This document shows positions 12,501 to 24,121 of a DNA stretch of 64,000 nucleotides, piece by piece. The notes under the pieces are model-generated. The model ran no database searches. It was not told the DNA's origin and saw nothing but the letters and a program-made list of their open reading frames with translations. Source of the DNA: Bugula neritina (taxonomy: Eukaryota > Animalia > Bryozoa); the NCBI GenBank assembly GCA_964035545.1, contig OZ037771.1, positions 1,437,628 through 1,501,627 on the forward strand, in the 5' to 3' direction. Made by a program: the position numbers and the translations under genes. The number at the start of each line of letters is the position of its first letter. Position 1 is the stretch's first letter.

Positions 12501-15500
12501 ATACTTACCTCTATATACTTACCTCTGTGTACTTACCTATATATACTTACCTCTATATACTTACCTTTGTGTACTTACCTCTGTATACTTACCTCTCTAT
12601 ACTTACCTCTGTATACTTACCTCTGTATACTTACCTCTGTGTACTTACCTCTCTATGCTTACCTCTATATACTTACCTCTGTATAATTACCTCTGTGTAG
12701 TCGTCTTCTCTTGTAGTCTTCTGTCCAAATTCATTTTAAGATCAGGATCCAATTTCACAGGGACAAGCCTATACTGTTTAATAGCTTGTCATCTGCCATC
12801 AATACTTTTAAATTTGATTTAACAGCAGCCTTTAGTGAATATCTAAATATAATTATCTTATAATCTCATCTAATATTATTCATGAAATTAACTTTTTCTA
12901 CTGTTTTATTTGTAGCCGAAGTATCAGAATTGCAACAGAGTAGCTCTAGATCTGCCATTCTGATCATTATGCCTTACGTGATGATAATATTGGCAGCGGT
13001 GATCATCTTGTCTATAGCGTGGATTGTCAGCGTTGTTATCCCGAGAGGTATGATACCTGTATACTCAGACTAGGGTGTGCAGGTAAAACTGGTGTTTAGC
13101 TACCAATCAAGTTGTAATACAGTTGTCTATGACACAGCTAAGCTTAATTTTTAAAGAAGTGTGAGTAATGCTATGTGGCAATTGACTCGTGTCAATTAAA
13201 TTATTTTGAGATAAAATGATACTAGAAGGATACACATGTGAAAACACTACATTACAAAATAATAGGCACAGCTAGTCAGCAATCATACTTAGAACCTATG
13301 AAAGTTACAGCAGATTACTGAACAGAGTAAGAATGATCAGTTTTGGTTTTGTAGACTATGGACCAGTAAAGTCAGGACCCAACAGCAGAGGTGCGCTCTT
13401 CTTCTGCTACGCCCAGCTTCGGGTGGTATACATCTTTGCTACCAGTCTAAGTTTATTTGTCTTCATATGGTATGCCATCAACAGGTAAGTTATAACTCAT
13501 GCAGCTTCTTTCCTTTTTGTGAGTCATGTGACTTCAAGTAATTAGATAATACTTAAGTGATGGGTTTTCAAGTAATTAAGTTATGCATAAGTCATGAGTT
13601 GTAGAATAGAACTCAGTTACATAATAAGTCATGAGCTTTTAAATCTTTAGGTAACTGATTAGAATGCTGATATGTGACCTGGCACCACAAAACAAGGGAT
13701 GTATATAAAATGTTGGAAACCTAGTTATTATTATGGAGTGATAGAGCAGACTTTTCCAAACATTTTGCACTTTATTTGAAGTCTCTAGCATCAATAGAAC
13801 TCGAGATATCAGTATTTAAAAACTTGAACGTTTTTAGAATTTCTAAATTACTGTTTCGAGAAAATCGCGTTTAAAGTTGGCAACTCTAGAATAAGTTGAG
13901 AATTATTTGTTTACAATTTACAAGCCTTAGCAACGGGTCTTTGTATAATAGGAATAGTGACAAATTTGGTATCAAAATAATTGTGAAAGTTTGGGCTTTC
14001 TGTTAAACTAAATTTCATGCTGCCTCAACATAAAATTAGGTCAAATATGGCCGCCAAACTTTTTGTCGAATTTATTTGTCAATTCGCTTTTTACTTTGTT
14101 TAATGGTTGAAAGGTTTAACAGTTCCAGCAAAGAAGAGGATGTTTCAGCAAGTTTGTGTGTTGAGATATTTAAATTAGGCATCCAAGTCAGCAGGAAATC
14201 ACATAAAACAAAATGGCAGCTGCTTCCTCTTATACATTGAATATCTCTCTTTCCTCTAATATATTGTGTAATATATCAAACTGCAGCTATTGAGCTGTGC
14301 TGTTTCATAATTATTGCTAAATGAGTAGAACACTTATGAGAAAATTATTTGAATATTATGAGATTATGCGAGGTTCATTCATAAATATCTTTATAATCTC
14401 TAACGGCAACTAAATTTAGCAATTGATTTGGCCGAAATGTTGAAAATATAAACATAAAATCAGCTATTAGAACTTTTGAGTTTTATTAGGCATTAATATT
14501 CCCATTTAAAACATCAAATACATTATTTTAAAAAACCAATTAAATGCAGTAAAAAATCCAGCCTAGATACAACCATTATGCTTGAATTAACTCTTATCAA
14601 GAAAAGAAAATTAGATAGCTTCTACGGTTTTTGCAAAGAAGGCACTTTTCATCTTTCTACTTTCTTGGTCTTCATAATATGAGTTTACGGAGTATGGACA
14701 CATAACATCATGTATGTGGCAAAAGCTTCATCACTATCATCAGCTGATTTTCTAGCAATTAGAGATGCTGCTACTTGACCTCCATCCTGCCAATCTACCC
14801 ACTTATTGTCTATTCCAGAGCTGAAAGTACAATGTTGACTTTTTTTAAATAACAAAAGGAAACGGTAGCTTGATTAGAAATTATACCCAGTTATATTACA
14901 AAAATTTAGTTGGCTAAACACTCTTGTGGTACTATTATGGCAGCAGTTAATTGTGATCCTGCATTTCATCAACGTTTAAATTTATTGAATTAAACAGAAC
15001 AATTTGAATTAAAAAAATGCTTGATAATTTTCAAGCACATCATTAAAAGACTGCAAACCTTTTTATGAATGAAATAAGCAGAAGCCATAACCTTGCAAGC
15101 CAAAATTCGGAGTGTCTACATTAGAAGTATTAGATTGATAGGTAGCAGAGTTGTGTAGGTATAAGTCTTCACTCTAATGCCCTCACAAGTGCACTTTCTA
15201 AAATGTACAGAATATAGGATTATTCTATATTAACATAGTATTATCAGTAAAATTACACATTATGCACTTGAATATCTAGCATCTCTGCAATTGGCAATTT
15301 TGAAGCAATGTCTTTAGATAACTATTAACCACTCAGGCATTTAATTGAGTAAAAAAGCTAGCTAAGTGCAATTGAATCTATTAAAGACATTTACTATAAA
15401 ATCAATTTGAATTCAATAAATTACTTTAAAATATGAATAAATTTTTGCTCATCTTATAATAAAATTAAAAAGTTTAGACTATTTATGTATTCAGTTAGTG

Positions 15501-18500
15501 TTACTACTCACTAAATAGGACTAAAAGTAACTTACTGAAAAACTAAGTCAGTCAACTATAGAATCATCATGAACTCGCATTAATATTTTATCATTATACT
15601 CATTTACATTTAGTCACATTTATCATTTCAATTTGGTTATAGGTGATGCTTTTATCAATATAAATATGATTATCAATTGAGTTTTGATAGTAACACTAAC
15701 TGTAAGCCTGCATAATGTGATAAAGATTTTATCATTATATTTTAAATCAAACTTTGAGCTAATTTAAAAATCACAAAAGGAACCGGTAGTTTGACTAGTA
15801 CTAGTAGGCCTAATGTTAATACTAATAGTAATAGTAATCAGTAACTGTATTGACAAAATCTAAGACAGAGGCTAAAAGTTACTAAGACTAAGAGTAAGAG
15901 TAAGTCTAATGTAAATTGAAATATTAACTATAGAATAAATCAATAAATATAATACTATCAGTATGAGTATCAAGTTTTAAGAGCAAAGGCGAAACTCAGA
16001 GTCAGACTCAAATACTAATACAGTAATACTAATGAGTAATAAGTAATAGTAAGAGTGAATTTATAATTATTAATTATTTATACTTATACTATAAGTATAA
16101 GTAATTAATAATTATAAATTCACTCTTACTATTACTTATTACTTATTACTAATGTAAATGTAATACTAATAATATTAGTATTACATTTACTGTATTAGTA
16201 TTTGAGTCTGACTCTGAGTTTCGCCTTTGCTCTTAAAACTTGATACTCATACTGATAGTATTATATCATTCATGATTTACTGATACTGGTATTTGGTAGT
16301 AAAACCAAATGTAACTCATTAATATTAATAGTATAACTATAACTTATAGTTATAGTTATACTATTATTATTAATCATAATGAGTTACATTTGGTTTTACT
16401 ACCAAATACCAGTAAATCATGAATGATAATCATTATGATTATCATCATGAGTAACCGTACCTCAAACTGTGAGTCATAGTGAGAGTCATTTAAATAGTTA
16501 CTAGTTGAGTAGTAGTACTAGTAGTAGTATAGAATAGAATAGACTAAGACATACTGATAGTGATACTCCTACGGCTACTCCTAGTGATACTGATAGTACA
16601 AATATTAATAAATTGATAACTACAAATAATCTTGGCAACAATTCTAAGTTAGTAGCGTAAATGATTGTTTTGAGTATAATTACCTGTATTGTTGCGGTTT
16701 TCAAGCTTGAACGCTAAAGATAAAGATTAAGTTCAGCATTTATCACCAAAGGGCAAAACAGCTCAGTAACTTAAAAGCTAACTTTGGATGGAACGCGATG
16801 AAAAACTAAACTTAGCCTTCGATTTTTAATATGATGTTTCTGACAGTACGAAGAAAGAGGTGGAAGCTAAATTTATTTGATAAAAAATAAATTTGCAAGA
16901 TCTCACGCTATGAAAATGACTAAAATTGTCCTCTTTCTTTAATTGATAACTTCGCAATTTTTTCATCATTTAGAAAATTGAAAGCCTTAGTTACCAACTT
17001 TAAATGCAATTTTAGAGCTGAAGGAATCATTAAATGCTTACGAAAGTATGATTTTTGAAATCCTTGGATTTTTTTGCATTAGAAAAGTTTAAAATCTAAA
17101 AATTGGAAATTAATTTCAAATTTAAGTATTTCCAAATTAAGCCTTCATTTACTACACTTAATAAACGCCGCCACATCCCCGGTTTTGTCGCGACTGGTCA
17201 CAATTATGTTGATATGGTAATGTGTTGATGTGCTGCTGTGTTGATATGCTGATATATTATGTTGATATGCTGATATATTGATATATTGATGTGTTGATAT
17301 ACTGATATGCTGATATGCTGATATGTTGATGTGCTGATATGTTGATATATTGATATGCTGATATGTTGATATGCTGATATGTTGATATATTGATATGTTG
17401 ATATGTTGATATGCTGATATGTTGATATGCTGATATGTTGATATACTGATATGCTGATATGTTGATATGTTGCTATGCTGATATGTTGATATATTGATAT
17501 GTTGATATGCTGATATGTTGATATACTGATATGCTGATATGTTGATATGTTGCTATGCTGATATGTTGATATATTGATATGCTGATATGATGATATGCTG
17601 CTGTGACGTTTACAGTGTAGACTTGGTGATAATCCAGAATTATGCCAACGCTGTCGACACTGTCATCTCCGAGCAGCAGCATGATCTCAGGGCACTCGTT
17701 GACTTCTCTACTCAAACCGTGCAGAGTCAAACTGAGAAGTTCAAATTGATGAGAAGTCACTGCTTCAGTAACATTGAGCTCTTCCAGAATGAATCTCAGA
17801 GAGTAGGTTTAGCAAACTATTCTACTAAATATGTGTTTCAAGTAATCATTACTTTCTTGGTAAAATTATATATTATATTGTTATTATTATTATATTATAA
17901 CAGTTTCATGACTGAATTTGGTTATAAACGACATCAGTTTTCTTATTCTACAATTTACAGATATCAGATTTATCAATTTATATTATTTATTATATTTATA
18001 TATTTTATATATATATATATATATACATCAATTTATATCAAGATATATCAAGATATCAATTTACAGATTTATAATATCTATTTAATATATAATAAATATG
18101 CATAGCATGTAGTTGGTTAACCAAAAACGTATCAACATTTTCCTACTTTATGATGTGTGTTTGTTGCAGAGGATACACGAATTAAGTTCTGAAATGAGTT
18201 TGGAGTTGTCTTCCTTACCACTGAAGAATGACTTGGTCACGTCGCTTGATCAAAAAGCTCGAGAGCTGAAAGATAAACTGGAATCATACCGACAGAAATT
18301 TAATGACTTTGCACAGATATCCTCTACTAAACTTGCGTTGGAACTTAGCAAGACATCTGAAGGTAATGCTTTTGAACTCAGGCTAAATAAATTTATTAAA
18401 TAAATATTGATATGGTGCTTGAGAAAAAAATGGCTGCCATAACTTTTTTCCAATACAACACACATGTCGATCTGAAACTTAGTGTGGACATGCCATCTAG

Positions 18501-21500
18501 CTGACTAATATATTATAAAGGTAACTTATTGTTGCAAAATCCAAGTAGAGGAATATCTTGTCATTTGGCAGGTGAGTTTTAAAACAATTCTGTGAAACAT
18601 GCGTCAACATTCTTATAGCCAGTTAATTTTATATAGCTATTGCTGGTGTTTCTGCAGTGAAGCTTACAAGGTAATTGTTGAAACTGATTAGACATGTACT
18701 TGTTGTTAGCATATCAAGAGTTTTATCAGTCCATGTTTTCTGTCATACCACCCAGATTTTGTGAGAATGGACTGGCTGGAAGCTGCTAGAATAATCCGCG
18801 GAGCTCACGCCGGCAGACGTCAGTCTCCTGCTGACTTTGTGAAGGGATTTAAAAAGTGGATGGGACTTCGGACTCAAGTCAGCACCATTCAGACAAGTAA
18901 GTGTGACTTGCGTGTGACTTGCTTGTGACTAACATATGACTTGTTTGTGACCTGCATGTGACTTGCAAATGTGACTTGCATGTGACTTGTGAGTGACTTT
19001 CATGTGACTTGCAAATGTGACTTACTTGTGACTTGCGTGTGACTCGTATGAAAACTCAGTCCATGTTATCTCAAGATGGAATCATAGTTTGAACTGATTG
19101 CATAATATAAATTGTGAAAAATTTCTAAATGTTAAAAAGTAGTTTGCTTGTTGCTAGTTGCTTGTTATATAACAGTTGCTATTTCTAGTTATCTGAAACT
19201 TTTATTTGAATAAAATGATGAGTTAACCATTTGGCCATTAGAGGTCTGAGTGTTTGTTTTGAGTATTATTTATATTATTTCTCGTGGCAGCATGACAATT
19301 TAGATTGACTATAGCTATTAGACCATTATTACCAGCGTCTATAAGTTTATAGTAGCCTTTAATGTTTTCCCCTAAGATGGGATCATGACACTCCTTCATG
19401 TTCTGCAGCCAGCCTACTTATACCTGCTTCTAGTAACATAGTTCCACGTATATGCAGATTTTCTAATGGATCCACTGCCCATATCAGACATAGACAGTCT
19501 GGCTCCGCCTCCAGTACCTCCTGCACCAGAGTTTAGATCCGTTGACCTTCAGAGTATCTTTTTGCCAACCCATGACCTCTATTCACAGATAAAGCGTGAG
19601 TAATTAAACTGATGATAGAAATAAATATATTTTTTATTGATGGCCTACGCCCTACGGAGTATTAAATGGTGTTATTTGCTGTTTTATGACTTTGCTGATA
19701 ATATGCTGATTAGTGGAACTTATATCTGATAAAGTTACAGTTTTCTCAAAAATAATTTGAAAGAATGTATTTTTGGTTTAAGTTTCTAACAAAGTTATAA
19801 TGTAGATATTTACCATAATCCTCATGTTTAGAAAATAATTTTGAGACAATATATTATCGGAATTATAGAAATTTTGGAAAAGTTAAAAAAAAAAGGTATT
19901 TTTTAAATATTTATTATTATTTAAGCAATCAGAATGTCTATGAGCTAGAACTTATTCAAATAGTTGTTTTATACATATCTTTGTTGTTAACAGTTCAACT
20001 GCTAATAGTTCTGGTCTTATTCAGAACCCCAGGTGTCTCGACTGGACAAATACTCCAGAAGTTACGGATTCTCCTTGGGAAGTCGTCTGTCCTTGACCAC
20101 AATACTCATTCTACTCTTTCTACTTGATCTCTTGACACTGACATCTAAAGTCACCGAGACTGTTGACACTGGAGGACAGATACTCAACGGGTGCATCGTG
20201 GAGAAAACATACGAGAATACCTATCGTAAGTTCTAAATAACCTGAACTAATAATGAAAATGTTGATACCAATTAGGAGAGTTTTGCGTAGGGTTTGCAAC
20301 TACATGTTCCATAGAGTTGAAGGGCTAAAGTCTAGCTTACATTACTATTGAGAGGAAATTGGCCATAATCACGGTCTAGCTGATATCTATTTACCACTTG
20401 CCACGATTTACCAGACCTAGTAGTATAGACAGGAATTGCTCTGATAAAGCACAGGGTTGCCATAATAATGTAGCCAATAGAAACCTCTGTTTAGTTGGTA
20501 GTTTGAAAATGTTGCTTCAACTTATCGCATTGTCACGGTGAATGAAAATCTGTATTACAGAGGATGGCTGTTCCAGTGAGAAATATATTGCTAAGAAAAT
20601 AATAAAGAGACCAAATAGAGTGCGGTATAGACTTTATAAGTTGGTAAGTTGGATATTGCCTCGGCTCATACCCGTTATACTTTATACAAAACCGCAAGTT
20701 GTATATTACTTACAAAGAATGCAGAATAAGGCATATAATGCATTAATCACATATAAGTGCTGCATTTTAAAAAGTTGTACATAATAAGACATGAAGCAAA
20801 GTGTGATGAGCTAGTCTTGTCAAGCTAGAAAAAGGAACTAGTTTGACTTCACTTCTCCTAGTAACTTGAGTCTTTCACTATTGTGTGAAGTAAAAGGCTA
20901 TCAATAAAATTACCTCCATGTTAACCTGCACCTCCAGGGTACTGATATATACTCTCTGTGTACTGATATATACTCTCTGTGTACTAATATATACTCTCTG
21001 TGTACTAATATATACTCTCTGTATACTGATATATATACTCTCTGTATACTGATATATACCCTCTGTGTACTGATATATACTCTCTGTATACTGATATATA
21101 CTCTCTGTGTACTGATATATACTCTCTGTATACTGATATATACTCTCTGTGTACTGATATATACTCTCTGTGTACTGATATATACTCTCTATATACTGAT
21201 ATATACTCTCTGTATACTGATATATACCCTCTGTGTACTGATATATACTCTCTGTGTACTGATATATACTCTCTGTGTACTAATATATACTCTCTGTGTA
21301 CTGATATATACTCTCTGTATGCTGATGTATACTCTCTGTGTACTGATATATACTCTCTGTGTACTGATATATACTCTCTGTGTACTAATATATACTCTCT
21401 GTGTACTGATATATACTCTCTGTATGCTGATGTATACTCTCTGTGTACTGATATATACTCTCTGTGTACTGATATATACTCTCTGCGTATTAATATATAC

Positions 21501-23570
21501 TCTCTGTGTACTGATATATACTCTCTATACACTGATATATACTCTCTGTGTACTGACATATACTCTCTATATACTAATATATACTCTCTGTATACTGATA
21601 TATACTCTCTGTATACTGATATATACTCTCTCTTTACCATGTACAGATCATCACCACCAACTGTATGCCCATGACAATGGGTCTGGTGGTGGCAGTCGGC
21701 ATGACCTTCTCTGGGCTTCTGGCGGCTCTCAATTTTGTTTCTGTAGAGAGTCTGGATAATGCAGGATTGTTTAGCTCCTTGGTAAGTACCAGGATACCAG
21801 TACGAGATGAGTAAATCATTGCCATATAGCTGATGGAATAGGTAGAATAACGAGACTGGACTTTCATGTGTTTTCACTACTTGGACTTTTTACCTAATTT
21901 AAAATGGACAACAAAGTCGAGTTTACTAAAGTTATATTTCATTCTAAATTAAGAATTTAGTTATTAAAATGGAATGCTAAAAATCTAATGCATCATGTGA
22001 ATATGATGCTTATAATATCATGTGCTTATTTAATATTATGACAAAGTTTATGGAATGCTTCTTTATGGATAGGTTGGTCCATGGAACTTGACATCCAATA
22101 TAGCCTTGGATAATATTAGAATAAACAGAGAGAGAATTAATATGGTGGAAATTCCTAGCACAGAGGCTATGATGAATGCCTACATTGAAAGAATAGAGAT
22201 ACTCAACAATGTGTATAACAACCTCTCTGTGTATAAATGGCAGATTGAGTGTGGAGATAGTCCTAGTGACCGGTGAGCACTCTAAATACTGTCTGTCTGT
22301 GTGTCTATGTATTTCTCAGTCAGTTTTACTACCAGTAGTTCTGTGCTCACTGTCTTTCTATGCATTGAAACCACTGCTAGGCCATGACTGCCAACGAACC
22401 GCAAATATAATTTTGCAGTTAGAAGACTTGTGATTGGTTCAACAGTTGCACATCTTTGCAGGACCTGCCTTAGCATTACATTACCCACCATTAATGTGCT
22501 TTTAATTTTCACAAAATAATGAAAAATTGTAAACCTCTTGCAGCAGGGCATACTATCTAGATCTATCACAGCGACTACAGTTATTCATTTTTATAACTAC
22601 CTTATTATATGTTTTGGTACAATTTCAACATAGCTACTGACACCAATGCAAACTTATTGGTTTGAAATTCTTGAATTACTTAACGAGAACTTTACAGTGA
22701 CTGGATGGAGTTAGAGAAACTGCCGCAACCAATCAATGTTGTGTAGTTGTAACTACACGTCTGTCTGTGTGTTGCAGCTGTGGCGAGTTTGACTTATCAA
22801 GGCTAGTACAGCCTTTGAAGGTCAAGGATATAGACTGTGCTCTTGAGCCAATACCAGACATGGACACCGCTGGGTTGCCCCGCACTCTCACCAACGATCG
22901 AGTACAAAAACTTATACTACCATATATAGAAGCTTTCAGGCGTATAGCCGAGACAACTGCTTGCCTTCTGCTTACATATGCCAGTTACCTGCTCATTGTC
23001 AAGATGCTATCTGTAGTTCTCTGGAACTTCTTTACCAGGTGAGTAAAGTATATCATAATATGAATAAATAGTAGTTCAAAATGAATACTTATATAATATA
23101 TTTATACATATCCATGCAGAGAAGTGCTAAATGTGTGTAGAGCCAAGGCATTGAAACATGTGTAAAAGGGACGTGTTAGAAGCTAAATTACAAGAAATAT
23201 AAAAATACATGATTTTGTGTAATCCTAAGTAAATATTAGTTCATAAACTTGTTAAGGTATTTGTTCAAATACTTTCCACGTAAGCCGCATTTGTTTCTGT
23301 AGGACGGCTCATATACCCGGAGTAAGAGTTAAAGTAACCAATCAGCTCTCAAGAAAACCAGAAACAGCTAATCAGAAGCCAGACGAAGATGAGATACCCA
23401 CTCACATGCCATTTAACAGAAGTACTATAGATGAGATGTCACAAGAGGATGACGATTCCTTAGAGGATGAGGGACGTTCAGAAGACCCCTCTCAGGGGAA
23501 AATAGAAAATAATGAGGAACCTAAACTAGAGTTACAGCATAATGGCGACTTGTCAGCTCTCCACTACTAG
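3504..23570 (+). CDS. Uncharacterised multi-pass membrane protein (about 1500 aa): signal/hydrophobic N-terminus, EGF, Ca-binding EGF, TNFR-type Cys repeats, long ectodomain, 5 TM helices, acidic tail
   Basis: Exons: 3504-3699, (4367-4402?), 4702-4904, 5535-5681, 5867-6092, 6563-6683, 7065-7266, 7471-7648, 8133-8336, 8464-8667, 9030-9232, 9691-9723, 10172-10213, 10613-10739, 11035-11198, 11703-11834, 12262-12384, 12916-13047, 13355-13484, 17616-17802, 18170-18362, 18756-18896, 19458-19595, 20025-20225, 20561-20643, 21647-21781, 22073-22272, 22778-23038, 23303-23570. Phases are consistent from 4702 onward; the 3699-4702 join is unresolved. Motifs: EGF CEQESRCQHGCNRKTGTCACSHGYMLFEEYKC; cbEGF DRSDCLYLPCSHTETCTNTIGGYTCTCAPGY; TNFR-like CPEGQYITAACTAKSDTKC and CQDDEYEYKPCTSFTNRKC. 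Confidence 0.8.
5364..5434 (-). mobile_element. Fragment of a tRNA-derived SINE-like repeat (copy A)
   Basis: The minus strand has B-box-like GGTTCAATTCC followed by GGTCATTGGTAGGAAGAGCATCCAGT; this core is shared with 30066-30176 and 60566-60666. Confidence 0.55.
6113..6362 (+). repeat. Degenerate intronic repeat of the CATGCTTATAG motif
   Basis: More than 10 imperfect copies starting about 20 nt after the donor at 6093. Confidence 0.8.
12404..12698 (+). repeat. 14-bp intronic minisatellite (ATACTTACCTCTGT), about 21 units
   Basis: Direct periodicity; starts about 20 nt after the donor G|GTAAGT at 12385. Confidence 0.95.
13674..17201. mobile_element. 3.5-kb non-autonomous DNA transposon with imperfect terminal inverted repeats, inserted in an intron
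   Basis: Left end GTGACCTGGCACCACAAAACAAGGGATGT vs reverse complement of right end GTGACCAGTCGCGACAAAACCGGGGATGT. A second symmetric match lies about 190 nt inside each end (AAAATCGCGTTTAAAGTTGG at 13861 vs CCAACTTTAAATGCAATTTT near 16994-17013). Flanks are ATAT and AATT. No transposase ORF seen. Confidence 0.8.
15947..16428. repeat. Two adjacent long palindromes (15947-16266 branched; 16264-16428)
   Basis: Arm 15947-16026 is the reverse complement of 16187-16266. Inner stem 16035-16088/16090-16143; side hairpin 16154-16190; second hairpin centred near 16345. Confidence 0.9.
17205..17597 (+). repeat. 8-bp microsatellite (GCTGATAT/GTTGATAT)
   Basis: Direct periodicity, ending about 20 nt before the acceptor at 17615. 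Confidence 0.9.
18900..19047 (+). repeat. About 12-bp degenerate repeat (TGTGACTTGCA core)
   Basis: Begins directly after the donor A|GTAAGT at 18897. Confidence 0.85.
20940..21632 (+). repeat. 21-bp intronic minisatellite (TACTGATATATACTCTCTGTG), about 33 units
   Basis: Direct periodicity; runs into the acceptor at 21646. Confidence 0.95.
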
Positions 23571-23845
23571 ATTGTGTGTTTAGAAACTTTAATTAATCTC
23601 TAACACGAGGTAAGCCAGGTTACTGGTGACAAACAGTGTGGGAAGTGATATTTGTCCTGATTGTAGATACTTAGCTTTAGGAAAGTAATTTTTTAAAACT
23701 GATATCTATAATTATGTATATTTATTGCCATACAACATATTTATATTTTTAACAAGAAATATTTATTTTTGTGAAACTTGCAACAGATTGTTTGAGTAGA
23801 TACACAATTTCACTTCTTTTCTTTCTGTATAAATTCTGGATTACC

Positions 23846-23923
23846 AATAAACGGAGAAGGTGAATATGTACAAATCTTTATTGGATAAACTTTCCTGATT
23901 ATCTAATTTTAATTGTAAATAAA
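23846..23923. terminator. Facing polyadenylation signals of two convergent genes
   Basis: AATAAA on + at 23846 and 23918; AATAAA on - at 23877-23882 (also 23721 and 23762). They lie between stop codons at 23570 (+) and 24122 (-). Confidence 0.5.
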
Positions 23924-24121
23924 ATATTAGGACTAATTCCTCTGTAGTTGAGCACCTTTATGGACAGACAGACAGGCTGGTAGCGTGTGACTAGACTATT
24001 AGGATAAGTAGGCACAAAATCTTGACACAAATTTGATGAGGCGGGACGGCGTAACGACATTTCGCTAATGAACATACTTTAAGTCAGTGGCAGAAGACAT
24101 CAAGTGGAAACAAAGTAGACA

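Noticed and set aside
12404-12698. U1 snRNA gene or pseudogene
   Set aside because: Only the first 10 nt match; no U1 stem-loops or Sm site.
12385-12700. Hydrophobic ORFs (YLPLYTYLCILTS repeats)
   Set aside because: Read-through into the 14-bp array past the donor at 12385.
14690-14820. TIR-domain or transposase assignment for the passenger exon
   Set aside because: Only 44 codons before a stop, no DDE motif, and the resemblance is too weak to call.
21005-21877. 290-aa minus-strand ORF of REYISVH repeats
   Set aside because: Translation of the 21-bp intronic minisatellite; stop-free because of the unit sequence, and antisense to a spliced gene.
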